A stretch of 60,161 nucleotides of DNA, counting the filler, from Dugesia japonica (Eukaryota): assembly GCA_001938525.1 (NCBI GenBank). It is 5 parts of 5 records of this genome, joined end to end, with 100 filler letters (N's around TTAATTAATTAA, not from the genome) between each part and the next. Parts side by side here need not be neighbours in the genome. Positions count along the whole stretch, not along the records: positions 37,038 to 51,008 come from MQRL01618125.1; positions 51,109 to 60,161 come from MQRL01636517.1; 3 more parts are not named here. One strand, written 5' to 3'. Under the pieces are notes generated by a model that saw nothing but the letters and a program-made list of their open reading frames with translations, did not search any database and was not told where the DNA came from. Both the position numbers and the translations under genes were made by a program. Shown one piece after another: positions 39,980 through 52,300 of the stretch (position 1 is its first letter; each line of letters opens with the position of its first letter).

Positions 39980-40556
39980 CTTCATTTTGTCCAAAGTACT
40001 TCAAGCACTCCTTCTGGTGTAAATCTCCATAAGTGTGATATATACGATACTTGTTTCTTAGTACAATGTCTCCCATTTTCCCCCATGTTGGTTCATTCTA
40101 ATCTCGTATTGAATATAGAATGTGAAAGTAATTTCTGTAGTATATACTAAAGATTCTTCTGAATTCGAGAATTCCCGAATCTTTGTGGTAATTTGAATTC
40201 CACGTTTCCTTTCGGTATGGATTTCAATATACTCTTTCATATTGTATTAATCGCATTTCTTGTGGTTTTTCTCCTGTTACCTCTAGATTCACTTGCCAAG
40301 ATTCTTGGAATATGTTAACAGTCATTGCGCGACCCTTTACTTGTATGCCAGATTGTACCCATGTAAACGGAGCTCCATATTCCTTTTCTGTATAATGACT
40401 TCCTTTTGTCAGAACTCGTCTCAATCCTTTCCTTGTTATCGTCTGTATTTTTACCTCGAATCTCGTTATATATACTCGATGCTCTATATGTACATCCTCA
40501 TAATCGTAACATTCTTCTCCATTGATTATACGTATCATTATTACAATTGTTATCAT
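39980..40556 (-). pseudogene. env: N-terminus of a chuvirus/gB-like class III fusion glycoprotein (env)
   Basis: Signal-like MITIVIMIRIING followed by CYDY (cf. xYDC), RLIQ, EITFTFYIQY..MNQH (cf. CGMHSH) and FTPE.xLEV (cf. SxEEC). Truncated at the pPolB junction. Confidence 0.6.
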
Positions 40557-42300
40557 ATATATCCACAGATTTCCTGGAATAAGCAGTTAACTTGCTCCTC
40601 TTGGCGTTTCTATTTCAATTTCTCTTTGCTTATCCACTTTCTCTCCTTTCAACGCAATCATTAACAAAATCAATGACATTATTATTGATGTTAATATAAC
40701 TGCTGATAGTTTTATTGTCCAATAACTGTGATTCTCATTTTTACTTTGATTTGCCATTATTATCGGACTCGTTGTCCAAATACTTTCGCCCTGAATCACC
40801 TTTACCATTATTAATGCTAGTAATACATATAATCATTTATCCATCATTTTAACCGTTTTGTTTGCTCCGCTTGTTGCTGTCGTATTTTCATTTATCTCGT
40901 ATAATTTAGTCGCCTGAATTCCAATCTTTGGGGGCCATGTCATTGCCACTTATGCTATTATGCAAACTATGAATAATATTATTGGTGTCGATTCGATGCA
41001 TGTCCACGCAATTTTCTCCCATTGTCTTCCGAATGACGGCTTTTTAATTATTAGTATCTCCCTTTTCTCATTTTCATAGATTGGCTCAATTTCATCCGTT
41101 ATTATTTCGTCATAGATTCCGCTTTCATTTTTTATTACTGGTATTTCAGGTAGAGGATTTTTTGTCTCATTTTCTCATCCTCTGCTTCCATTTTCAAGTT
41201 TTTCGCGTTCTTTTTCGATTTCCTTTTGTTTCCAAACTCTATATCTCTCATCGTGTTGCCATTTCTGTTGAATTTCTAGCCATCGCGGTATCATACCTTC
41301 TGGATCCTCTTCACACCATTTTTTTATGTCACACTGTTCCTCTGTATCATATTCGAACTCTTTGCACCTTCTCGTTAGATCCCATTAATCGATAATTTTG
41401 TCTGCATATTTCATTTCTTTTCGTTTCTAAATTCTGTTTTTCTCAGTTTCTCTGTCACTCCATGTTGTAACAAACTAGTTTAATCTGCCATTCCATGTTT
41501 TACTCAAGGTTTCTCTATCCATTTGAATCGTTTTGAGCTTGTCTGTCGTTTCTGATTGTTTTGTTAATATAAGTTTTTCATAATCGTTGTCACTGTCATC
41601 GTACTCAGATTTTATTTCTGTGCCTGTATCACACTGGTTCTGTGCTTGTCGCCTATTATTTCTGTTCATTTGACCTTTTCTCTTTTGTCTCCTTGCTCGT
41701 TGCTGCTGTTTTGAATCGCTTTTTTCTTTATTCTGTTCAATTTATAATTTCTTTATCAGCTCTTGACATTCTATCTTTAAAGTTTGTAAGAAAAGAAGTG
41801 ATCCATCTCGATTTTCAAATTCCACGAATGTCTCAAATTGTCTCTACATTGTTATAATTTTTTGTTCGTCTTCTTTTGACGCTTGCCACTTATTACACCA
41901 TTGTTTATATTTCTTCTTTTGCATGTTTAGTTTTATTAACACTTCCATACATTGTGGACACACTGATATTTCAACATCGGTTTTCTTGCTCCACACTTGA
42001 AATGATCCTCGATTAAGTTCTCTATCCACATGAACGATTTTGTCTTGGATTGTTCTCAATTATTAATAACACTTCTTTAGCAATCGACTTTTTAACAAAG
42101 GTACTGTCTCTGGTTTTATTTCTTTACAGATTTTACATAGATTAGTTTCTTTGTTGAATTCTTGAGTCCCCAAAATTTCTTCTATTGGTTTTGCTGTTAA
42201 AATCATTACACGATGTCTTGATCTGATCGGATATCTCTGCTCATTATCAAACTTGTCTCAATTAAATCGAACTCGTTTCATTCTACTTGTTTCTGGTTCT
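40557..42300 (-). pseudogene. Integrase-to-env extension: Cys-rich (PHD-like) finger, charged/coiled region, three or four hydrophobic segments
   Basis: CKICK...CPQC, then a long frame with isolated stops running into the env signal peptide. Confidence 0.6.
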
Positions 42301-45300
42301 GCTTCCACTAGATTTTCTTTATTTGCCTCTCTTTGGCTGCTAATCTTGATACATGTACGATATTTGGTTTCTTTAACGGTCTTACCACTTCTTTTAATTT
42401 CAAATTTGTTGCCGTTGTTTCGATTACCATACATTTGCCTTTATTTGGTCTCTTTAATTCATCTGTCTTTCCAATATCGATTGTTGGTGTGTTTACTAAC
42501 ACTAGATCTCATTTTTTAAATGTTTGAGCTTCCGCTTTAAAAATCATATAATTCTTTGTAACTTTCTTGACTAAATCTTGCGTTTGCTTCTCCCTATTTC
42601 CACATTTCTTACATTAGCTCTTTCATACCTGTCACATAATTTTCTTCATCCATGTATTGTGAAATTGGTGGTTGATATTCTAGATCAATGGGCATATTAC
42701 ATTCTCTACAATACATTAAACTGAACGGTGTTGCTCTTGTTGTCGGACGGACCCCCATCCTATATGTAAATAGACATAAATTCAAATGTTTGTCCCATTC
42801 TCTTTGATATTTTGAAGCATAGCTCGATAGCATTCTTGTTAAAGTTTGATTGAATCTTTCTGTCATTCCGTCCGTCTGCGGATGATATGCTGATGTCCGT
42901 AACTTGTAATTATTAAAGAAAATCGTCCTTTTTTTCATCAATTTGCTCATAAAATTGTTTCCTTGATCCGTTTAAATTATCTTTGGAGGTTCATAACGAC
43001 TAAATACTTTATTGACTAACACCTTGGCGATTGTCGCTGCTTTCTGATCTCTCAACGCAAATGCTTCCGGGAATTTTGATAAATAATCTACTACTGTTAA
43101 GATATATATCTTTCCACTGTAGGTTGGTGGTAATGGCCCAATTATATCCATTGCTGTTATATCTATCGGCGCTGCCAGTACTGGAATTGGTTGTAACGGA
43201 ACCTTGAATTTTTTTCACGTTCCTCTCCTTGCTGCACATATCTGACATTGCTTCACCAATATCTTTACGCTTGACGTTATTTGCTGCCAATAACATTTTG
43301 TTCTCAACTTAGATTCTGTATTTTTAGCTGACATATGACCTCCTAATATTCCATTATGATATTGTTCCAAAATCTTTGCTCGTCTCTTTTTTGGTATTAT
43401 CAATAACATTTTGTCACTCTTTCAGCATCAACCATCCATTTACTATTGCATATTGTTCTCCTCGTTTCTTTAAATGTTCTTTCATGCTTTTATGACATTC
43501 AAATTTAATCAGACGATAATGTTTTAGATAATCTAGAATTATCTTAATCTCTTTATCATCATCTTGATCCTTTTTAAGACCTGTAAAATCTTTATTCTCT
43601 GCTAATATCATACATAGGGTTCGTATTTCTCGATTCATTAACTGCTGAATATTGATCACTTCATTGTCTTGAATTTTGGTTTCTGCATCTCCTTCTGGTT
43701 CATCGGTGAATCTCACTCTTGGCATATAATCTACATTTGCGTTTGCTTTACCGAATTTATATTTTACTAAAGGAGCATATTCTTGTAGTTTCATGGCTCA
43801 TCTCGCTATTTGATTTATCTGTAACGGTTTCTGTCCGATCATTATAAGCGGTTTATGGTCTGTATACACTAATAATTTGTGTCCAAGTATCACTGTTTTA
43901 CTGCTTTCACGATTGCCAATATTTCTCTCTCGGTCGTACTATAATTCTTCTCCGCACCTTGAAATGTTTTGCTAAAATATCCAATAACTCGTTCTCGACC
44001 CTCTTCGTCTAGTTGACTAAATACTGCTCCCATTGCATATCCACTTGCATCTGTTGCTAATAAAAATGGTTTCTTAAAATCTAGTATTATTTCGAATGCC
44101 TTTTGATGCTTGTCTGTCCAAATAAATTTTAGATCTTATCTTACTAATGATTGAATTGGTTTGACTATCGTTGCAAATTCTTTCATAAATTTTCTGTAAT
44201 AATTTGCCATGCCTAAAAATACTTGTACATTATTTACTGTCTTTGGTACAGGCAGTTTTTAAATCTTTTCAATATTTGCTGGATCTAGTTGTTTTCCTTG
44301 ATTTGATATTAGGTGACTTAAATATGTCACTTGATTCTTTGCCCATTCATACTTTGTAGGTTTTACTTTGAGATTCCACATTATCAGTCGTACAAATACA
44401 ATACGTAAGTATTTTAAGTGCTCCTCAAATGTCGTTGAAAATATTAATAAATCATCGATATATACCACACTCTGTGATATTCCATGTGTCAAAAAATTCA
44501 TTGTTCGTTGAAACGATGCCGATGCATTTGTCAATCCAAATAGCATCCTCACAAATTTATATAAGTCATTACTTGCTAAAAACGCTGTTTTTTCTGTATC
44601 TGCCTCTTCTATTTTGATCTGCTAATATCCGCTTCGTAAATCCAATGTCGTAAATCTCTTTGCATTATATAATAGCATTAACATCTCATTGATATCTGGT
44701 AATGGATATGTGTCTTTTTTTGTCTTAACATTTAAATCTCGATAATCCATACAAAATTTTGTTAATCCATCTTTCTTCTTAACCAATAGTACTGGAAATT
44801 GCCTAACAAACAACTCGGTTCTATTACTTTATTCACTAGCATATCTTCAATTTTCTTCGCGCGAATCTCCTGATCCACAATTGCTTGTTTATAAGTTCTC
44901 TTTTTAATTGGTGTTTCATCTGTTAAAATAATTGAGTGCTTCATTACTGAACAAGTTCCTAATTCACTACCTGTTCACTCGAATATATCTCTAAATTATT
45001 CCAGTAGTTCTAGTAATCGTAATTTCTTCTTTATTGTTAATATTGGTGATTCAATTTTAAATTTTCGATCCACTTCTTCCCTTTTTGGCGTTATTTTGAT
45101 TTTCATTCGTTTTGCTGTTTCGTCTTTAAGTAGATCTATTAATTTCTCTTTATTTTAATCGATTGTCTCATCTACGTCGTCCATTAGTGTTAATGTGCCA
45201 ATCTTTGAATTTTGATATATTGTAATATCTTTTCCGTCATATTCAACACATTTACAAGCACTTTACCCGTTTCTAATATTTTTACTACTTCATTTGCTGC

Positions 45301-45800
45301 TGACAAATTATATCGTTTAGAGAACCCTTCATGAGGTTCAAACATTATCTTGCCTTCATAATTTGCATCCTCCTTGGTATCACTAATTTTATACTCGTAT
45401 ACACCTCATTATTCTTTGTATGTAAATTTTCCCTTGATCCCGTAATCTGTAATGTTGTCATATCCAATACTGCAATTTTCATTACTAATGGCATCAAATC
45501 CGTGCCAATAACACATTTCTCACTCATTTTTAATATGGCCATTACATGCTTTACTTTGTACTTTGAAATTCCACTTTGCATCTCAGTTTTCCCATTATAT
45601 TTAATTGTCCTCCATTTGCTGCTAACACTTCCGTATTCTATGTCGCAACATGGTGCCATCTCGATTTCGGTACTAAATTACAATGTAATACTAATATCTT
45701 CGCGCCAGCATCTAATAACGCTAAAATTTCTCGTCCATCTACTAAGATATCGATTAAAAATGATGCTACTAAACTCTTGATGCTACTTCTGCTCAATTGT
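42300..45800 (-). mobile_element. pol: Ty3/Gypsy pol (PR2-RT-RH-INT), decayed
   Basis: LLDAGA...VIGTD; KFCMDYRDLN; TLDLRSGY; VYIDD; LATDASG; YHNGILGGH...CQIC; AYHPQTDGMTERFNQTL; VHVSRL. Confidence 0.93.
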
Positions 45801-45919
45801 AGTGTATATATATACTCTCTTTTGATCACTTTTTCAGATTTAATAATTATCGGACTACCTCTTCGTCGTTTCTTCATCTTCTCCGTTTTAATTTTGAATT
45901 GTTTCGATTTACTTCTTCC

Positions 45920-46150
45920 TCTGCACAAATACTTTTTATGTCCTTTTTTTCCACATAAATGACATTTGGTTCATTTTCACACGTTCCAGCTGTATGTTCT
46001 TTTTCTACACAATTATGACAGTAACGTAACTTATCGATGCAATGCTCCGTTAAATGACCGACTAATTTACATTTTTCACATCGTTTTGCGAATTTTCTAC
46101 TTTTCCAACAGTAATCTGATTGATGGTTATCTTTACCACAATGTATACAT
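45920..46150 (-). other. Four tandem CX2CX4HX4C zinc knuckles
   Basis: CIHCGKDNHQSDYC, CEKCKLVGHLTEHC, CHNCVEKEHTAGTC, (1-nt shift) CHLCGKKGHKKYLC. Confidence 0.9.
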
Positions 46151-46199
46151 CTCGGATGTATAAATTGAGTTTGATGTCTTTTAACACCATTAAATTAAT

Positions 46200-46544
46200 C
46201 CAAATCTATTTGTCCACTTGGGAATACTTTTGGCATTATGTCTAATCTGATAATAAATTCGACCATTATATTATTATCCATTATATATTATCCATTACTT
46301 TCATTGTATGGGTAAATTGCCTTCGCGACGTATGTATTAAACATTTTATTTCGCCCACCGCTTTTACGGATTCTCCAGTTATCATAAATAATTCGCCTGA
46401 TGTTTTTCCGATCATCGATTTATCTGCTTCAGAAATCACTTTCAAATTTATTATTGAATTACTTGCTCCGGTGTCAATCATACAATCCAATGTTTTACCA
46501 TTTATTGTTATTCTTTGCATCAATACTTTGAATCCTGGAGTTAA
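46200..46544 (-). pseudogene. Additional retropepsin-type aspartic protease (PR1)
   Basis: ITINGKTLDCMIDTGASNSII...ITGESVKAVG...FIIRLD. Continues in frame upstream once the piggyBac is removed (SSLAPILT|PGFKVL). Confidence 0.88.
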
Positions 46545-47744
46545 CCCTTTCATGGTTATTACTAAACAATTAAGGGTCGAAATATTTGTTTTAAAAACAA
46601 ACATTATTTTTAAAATATTGGGGCTTAAATATTAAAATATATAATAAATAATAGGACTTAAAAAGATATTTTTTAAAATATTTACTAAAATCAAAAAATA
46701 TCGAAAAAAAACTGCTGAAAAGTATTAAACTAAATAATTTTTATTCTCTAGGTCCATTATGATATTCCTCAAAACAACCTAATAAACATGGAGGAAACAA
46801 ACATTTAGAACATCCAGTTTTTATTTCAGTTCTTGAAGAATATATGTTGCATATCACACATTGCTTTCGTTTGTCGATTCTAATAGAAAATTGCACTATT
46901 GTTTTGTCTTTGCCATTAGAAATCTGTTCTACTTGGGCGGGTGGGGCATTTACTGCCATGATTCTAGATTCTTCTTCAGAAAGGTGGCAACACTATTTCC
47001 TCCCAACTTGTATATTAATTTAATTAAATAATTTAAGTAAGTTTTTTCTGAGAAGCTGAACTAAATTTTTTATATATGACATAACTGTTATGGGAGGCAA
47101 TTTTAAGTATGTGGAAGGAGAATTTTGTTCTCAACTTTTTAGATCTTCTATTAATCTCATAATATCTAGTCATTAGGTCCATTAAATCAACACCACCCAT
47201 ATATGAATTATAATCTTTAACTACATTGGATTTGCTCAACTTCTCTTCCTCGTCACATTCCATACTATTTTCCAAAATGTTCGAATGTATATTAGTAAGT
47301 ATCGCTACCGGACCATTATCCATTAACCCAATACAGTTGATTGAGTTATTAGTATAAACCAACCCTTTTCCCTTTTTAAATCGCTTTACGGTTTTTTAAG
47401 ATCCTTAGGACCACCATGATTATCTCTAAGAGTTCCACAACTATAGATACCTCTTCCTGACATTGCCTCAACAACATTTACACTAGTGTAGAAATTGTTC
47501 ATATACAGATGATGGTTTTTATTTTGGTAATTTTTGGCTAACTGCAATAACATATCTAAATTGGTTTCGGTTTTCTAGAGTTATACTGAATTAGTGCACA
47601 CGCATATCCTTTAACGAATAAACTTTTCCCCATTTTTCTGTATTTTAATAAATATTTTTGAAAATATTTCCCCCATTTTTGTAGATTTTAGAAAATATTT
47701 TTGAAAATCTTTCCCCCATTTTTGTGTATAAAACCGTGAAAGGG
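46545..47744 (-). mobile_element. piggyBac, 1.2 kb, internally deleted
   Basis: TTAA TSDs at 46541-46544 and 47745-47748. TIRs CCCTTTCATGGTT and AACCGTGAAAGGG. Motifs NNFYTSV, CGTLR, YNSYMGGVD and C-terminal CxxC...CFEEYH. Confidence 0.95.
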
Positions 47745-48373
47745 TTAATATTGGTGCTAAACTACTCGTTTCACCTTTTCTAATATCTTCTTTGCTTTTT
47801 GATACAATACTAAAATTTGCTGATCTCAATTGTTCGATTACCTTGTTCATATTTTTCTCTAGGAGTTGGGGGAAGTGTACATTCTTTACGCAAATATTGA
47901 TCTCTGAATGGTTATAATTCCTTGTTTGGGATTACTGAATACACTGTATTCACTCTTTGCTGTCTCTGTCTTAGGTACAATCTTCATTTCCATGGTAATT
48001 TCGTTCTTTGTGTTCTACCCAGTCTCTCGAGTTGTCATTTCTCTGGTTCCGCAACTTCCTGTGATAATTCATCACACACTCCGAATTCGTCTTTTTGATT
48101 TCTCTTGTCATAATAAGCTCCTTGTCTTTTTGATGCAGGCGGTAAACCCTTTGACTGATTCATTGATCATATAGTGAGGCTGATGCTCTTTCTATTTTTT
48201 CTGATAATTCTTCATACACTTTTTCATCGATATCATTTTCGATAGTCATCGGACCATTGTCGACCTTGTTTTACATTTCTAGTTTGTTCATTATGAATTG
48301 TCATTGTTTCCCGAATTCTTGGTCAATTATTGTCTGGTCCATCACTGTCCTCACTACTGCTGTCTTGTCTTTT

Positions 48374-49950
48374 CTATAGTTTGAATGCATCAAATATTGT
48401 CGTTTTTCTTTCTTTTCGTTTCTTCGTATCTTTGAATATTGCTCGAATTTGATTGACGATTTGTTCTTCTGTTCCTTCGATTTGACTCATATGTCTCAAT
48501 AATCTTCTCGTGTTGTGTAAATCATTTGAACGACTATTTAATACAACCGACTTCGCCCATTTTGGAAATATTCCCATCATAATAGACCACGATATCTTTC
48601 TCTTTTTCTTATATAAGTCAAAACATGCCAATAATAGTGTCAATATCACTTTGACTATCTGTATTATAAATATTATTCCATGTAATCCAGCCATTGCTTG
48701 TCCAGAAACTATGAATCAACCCCACATTTTCTTCATTACATTTACTGTTGCTGTCTGAAAATGATCTGGTAATTACAATAACTCGTAATTTGGTCTATTT
48801 CTGCTATTTGCACAACATTCGATAGAATTTACATCCTCTTCACTGGAAATAACATATGTTCTCTTGCTTTATCCAAATCGTCTTGTTGATAGATTTCACC
48901 TTCCGCTACATTTAGCGGTGTAAATTTTGCTCCATTTTTCAATTGTAATCGTGAAAAATTTCTGACTCCTGTTACTGGAAGTCTCTCTGGAAATCGTACT
49001 AATTTATTGTTTTGTAGTTTAAAGTATGGTCCAAAAATGTTTGAGCAGTTAATCCAGTTTGGAGTGAATCGTCTAGGCAATATCACTCTAGTTATTGTCT
49101 GCACAAATCGTCTTTCTCTTTTATATATGATTTCTACCTCATTATAGCATTTATTATGTTCTTTTGGTGCCAACATTGCATACACCTTTTTGAATCAATA
49201 TATGAACATTACCTCTCTACAATGCGTCGAAATTGCCCTTCTTCTATTAGTAATAAAGGTGATACATTATCTGGATTTGTAGTTGCTGTTGCCAATTTTG
49301 TCTTTAATATTTTTTTATTTAATGTACAATCGTTCCACACTAGATCATGGTATATTTTCTCTATTGAAGCTTGTGTTAGATGAAACAAATGATTCACTTT
49401 ATTAATAATATAGAGATGTAACTTCGTATCTTCCATTGTGATTCATGCTTTAGCCTTTTCTAATCTCATTTTGATACCCATAAAACTTTGTAATTTGTTT
49501 CGTATACTAATTCTCCGCATTTCGATTTTATCTTCTTTCGTATCAATCAAATCAAATCGTTTTTGTCTGTTGACATTAAGACTACAGGTGCTTCTACCAA
49601 GTGTATTTTGCTCGCTTTCGGTTTCATGCTTTCATCAACCCACTTCTGGAATCTTTTCCTTTTCGTCTACTTCAATAACTTTTTTACCTTAATATTCGTT
49701 GAAAGCAGTTTCCTTTAAAAATTTCATTGCAAATTCTTGATGATTAACATTATACACTAAAGTTGACATTTCAGTATCACACGAAAGATCTGACGCTTTA
49801 CACATAGTATACATTTTCATCATTTGTGTTCTTGTGTCGAAGAATGCATCATATTCCTTTAATTCGACTCAATAACTTTCTATCGCTACCACATAACTAG
49901 AGACTACTTCTTTTAAGGTATAAGTACCTTGAGTACATGTTCCGGAAACA
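48374..49950 (-). pseudogene. env: Middle and C-terminal part of a chuvirus/gB-like class III fusion glycoprotein with TM anchor
   Basis: GTCTQGTY..VVAIESY, CKASDLSC, CGELVYET, C...LATATTNP, CYNEVEI...FVQTITRVI, GEIYQQDDL...MLFP, then TM (GLHGIIFIIQIVKVILTLLLACF). Confidence 0.8.
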
Positions 49951-50472
49951 CATTACGATTCTTCTATGATTTTTGTGTTATGATTTTTTGATTAGTTTTT
50001 TTTCCTAAGATTTTTGGAATCAAAATTCTTTTGATCAGATCAAATTTTATTTTGATCCTGGGGTTGACTGTGTGTATTTTTAAATTTTAAAATTTGTGTG
50101 TTTTTGGGTTGTTGAGGATTTTTTTAAAAAGTAGGTCAAGTTGAGTTTGTGTTTGTGGTTGTAATAATAATAATGATACGTAATAATAATAGGGAGTGCG
50201 GTAATGTCCGCATTGGTATTAATAATCATATACTTACAGTTCTGTAAGAAACCGAAACCTAAAGGAAGGAAACATGACCGAAGCAAAAGGTCATTATGAG
50301 GGGATTCCACAGGGTATGATATCAAATGAATTACCCTTATATGTGCCTAGACACCAGCAGGCACTAGGGTTAATGACATGCTGATATATATCTCTATGTA
50401 AATAGTGTAAAGATAATAATGACAAATAATTGTATATACATATAATTATTAATCAACCTTTCACATTCAGAA

Positions 50473-50902
50473 ATGAACTTCACTGAAACCAAAAATGAAT
50501 ATTCGAGCATGAGTAGAAGTGAAGAGATGGACTCACCAAGTAACTCAGAAAGCCCAATTATAACAAGCCATATATGTAGCAGGCCTGCAAGAAGCCTTAC
50601 ATCAATAAACAATGATAAAAACACCCCCTCACAAGTGACGATAAACCAAATTTGGCAAAATCATAATGAAGAAATGAAAGAATTATGGAATAGTGCCAAA
50701 ATGCAAACTCAATGGACTCAACAACGATTGGAAACGTTGGAACATAGCCAAAATCAATTATTACAAACTATAATAAACACGAAACCCCAAGATTGGAGTG
50801 AGCTGAAATTTAAAAACAAAGTATTACAGTAGCAAAACGAGAATCTATGTGCAGAAACCCTTAGATGTCGACAACAAATATTAGAAAACAGACGTATGTT
50901 GG
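50473..50902 (+). CDS. Orphan Ser-rich/coiled-coil ORF (one internal stop at 50830), probably TE accessory
   Basis: cattcag|AAATG start, 119-aa ORF. The frame continues to a gtaagt donor at ~50902. Confidence 0.4.
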
Positions 50903-51249
50903 TAAGTACCAAAGAAAGAAAGGATAAGTACCAAAACAGAGAAGCCTAAGATTTTATGAAAGAAAGATTTATCATCAAAAGTTAATATCTTTTTTGTATT
51001 CATGATACNNNNNNNNNNNNNNNNNNNNNNNNNNNNNNNNNNNNNNNNNNNNTTAATTAATTAANNNNNNNNNNNNNNNNNNNNNNNNNNNNNNNNNNNN
51101 NNNNNNNNCCTAGCTACGCCTCTGAATTAAGATATTTAAACTATTAAGTATTTTTGTTTATTTTTATTTAACGTTTTTATTAATATAAATTTTAAAATGA
51201 ACTTCTAATTAAAAAAACATTTTTTGAAAAATTCTTGTACTTAGTTTTT

Positions 51250-52300
51250 TTTAAATCTTTTCTTTGTACAATAACAATTTATAGGCTTTTGGATGTTTGA
51301 TTTATAAATTCTCTTTGCTTCCTTTTTTCATTTAACCTATATCATTGCTATTCAGCTTGAAAAGTTTTCTAGTGGATGACCCAGGATCTGCAAGAATTGA
51401 AATCCACCATGTGCTCTCTTTTCCCGGATCCAGCCGGTTTTGGATTAAATTTTCTAAAAGTTCAAAGTTGTGCTGATGACTTCATAACATTTAAGATTAT
51501 AAAAGCATGATTGACGTGAATTTATTTATTTAAATGCAATAGCGTTAGTACATAACAGTTACTTGGCTTTCAAATCACTTTATTCTGATCTGAATACATT
51601 TTTTTCTGTAATAATTTGCACGCGTAGGTCAAACATAGCGTCCTCATGCTAAAATAAAGGTGTTTTGCCGATCCGTATATGATTTTATTGGTCATGCGAA
51701 CTTGCGGCATCCAATTATCATACTGACCTTGCTCTCTTAACAGCTAATTTCACTCGCCCAACTTGATGTTATGCCTATTCAACATTGCAATTTAATTGAC
51801 TAGTTTGATTTTCACCGTATTCTAGTGACATTGTTGGTCCTGCAGTGTGGTGCGATGGACAATATCGTGAACTCTAAAAAAATATAATAATACACTAGCA
51901 CACCCATCGGGCATACTGTGTGCCTCTTCCACTTAAATTAATCAGACTACTGATTTTAACAGTTGAAATTGTAAATTGTTTGTATTAAAATTCTCACACT
52001 CGTTAATTCTCTCTGAACTGCACTTTTCACCAGTATTTTTGTGTAGTTTAATGTAAACTTTTTTCATTCTCTAAAAACTAATTCTGTACTTTCTCTTTCT
52101 GTGATTGGCTAATTCTTGAACCCTTCTGGTTTCAACTCTAAAGATTTCTTAACGTTTTAAGTAAGAAATTCCGATTTTCCATGATTTATTTCATCTGAAT
52201 TTCTTTGCTTGCTATCTTTCTAAGTAGCATTAGTCCGGCAATTCAGCATTTTTGTATTTATTGAAAAAATGATTTAGTGAATTTTTAACTCATTTTTTTC
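51250..52300 (-). mobile_element. Non-LTR (RTE-like) retrotransposon remnant, internally deleted
   Basis: PITEREV...ENEKS (pre-RT region) and LTYACK plus a GKESTWW-like tail segment. Heavily decayed. Confidence 0.4.

Noticed and set aside
47860-47882. GGAGTTGGGGGAAG-TGT as a PPT/LTR start between env and PR1
   Set aside because: It is on the wrong strand for the element, has no PBS or second copy, and encodes CTLPPTP on the coding strand.
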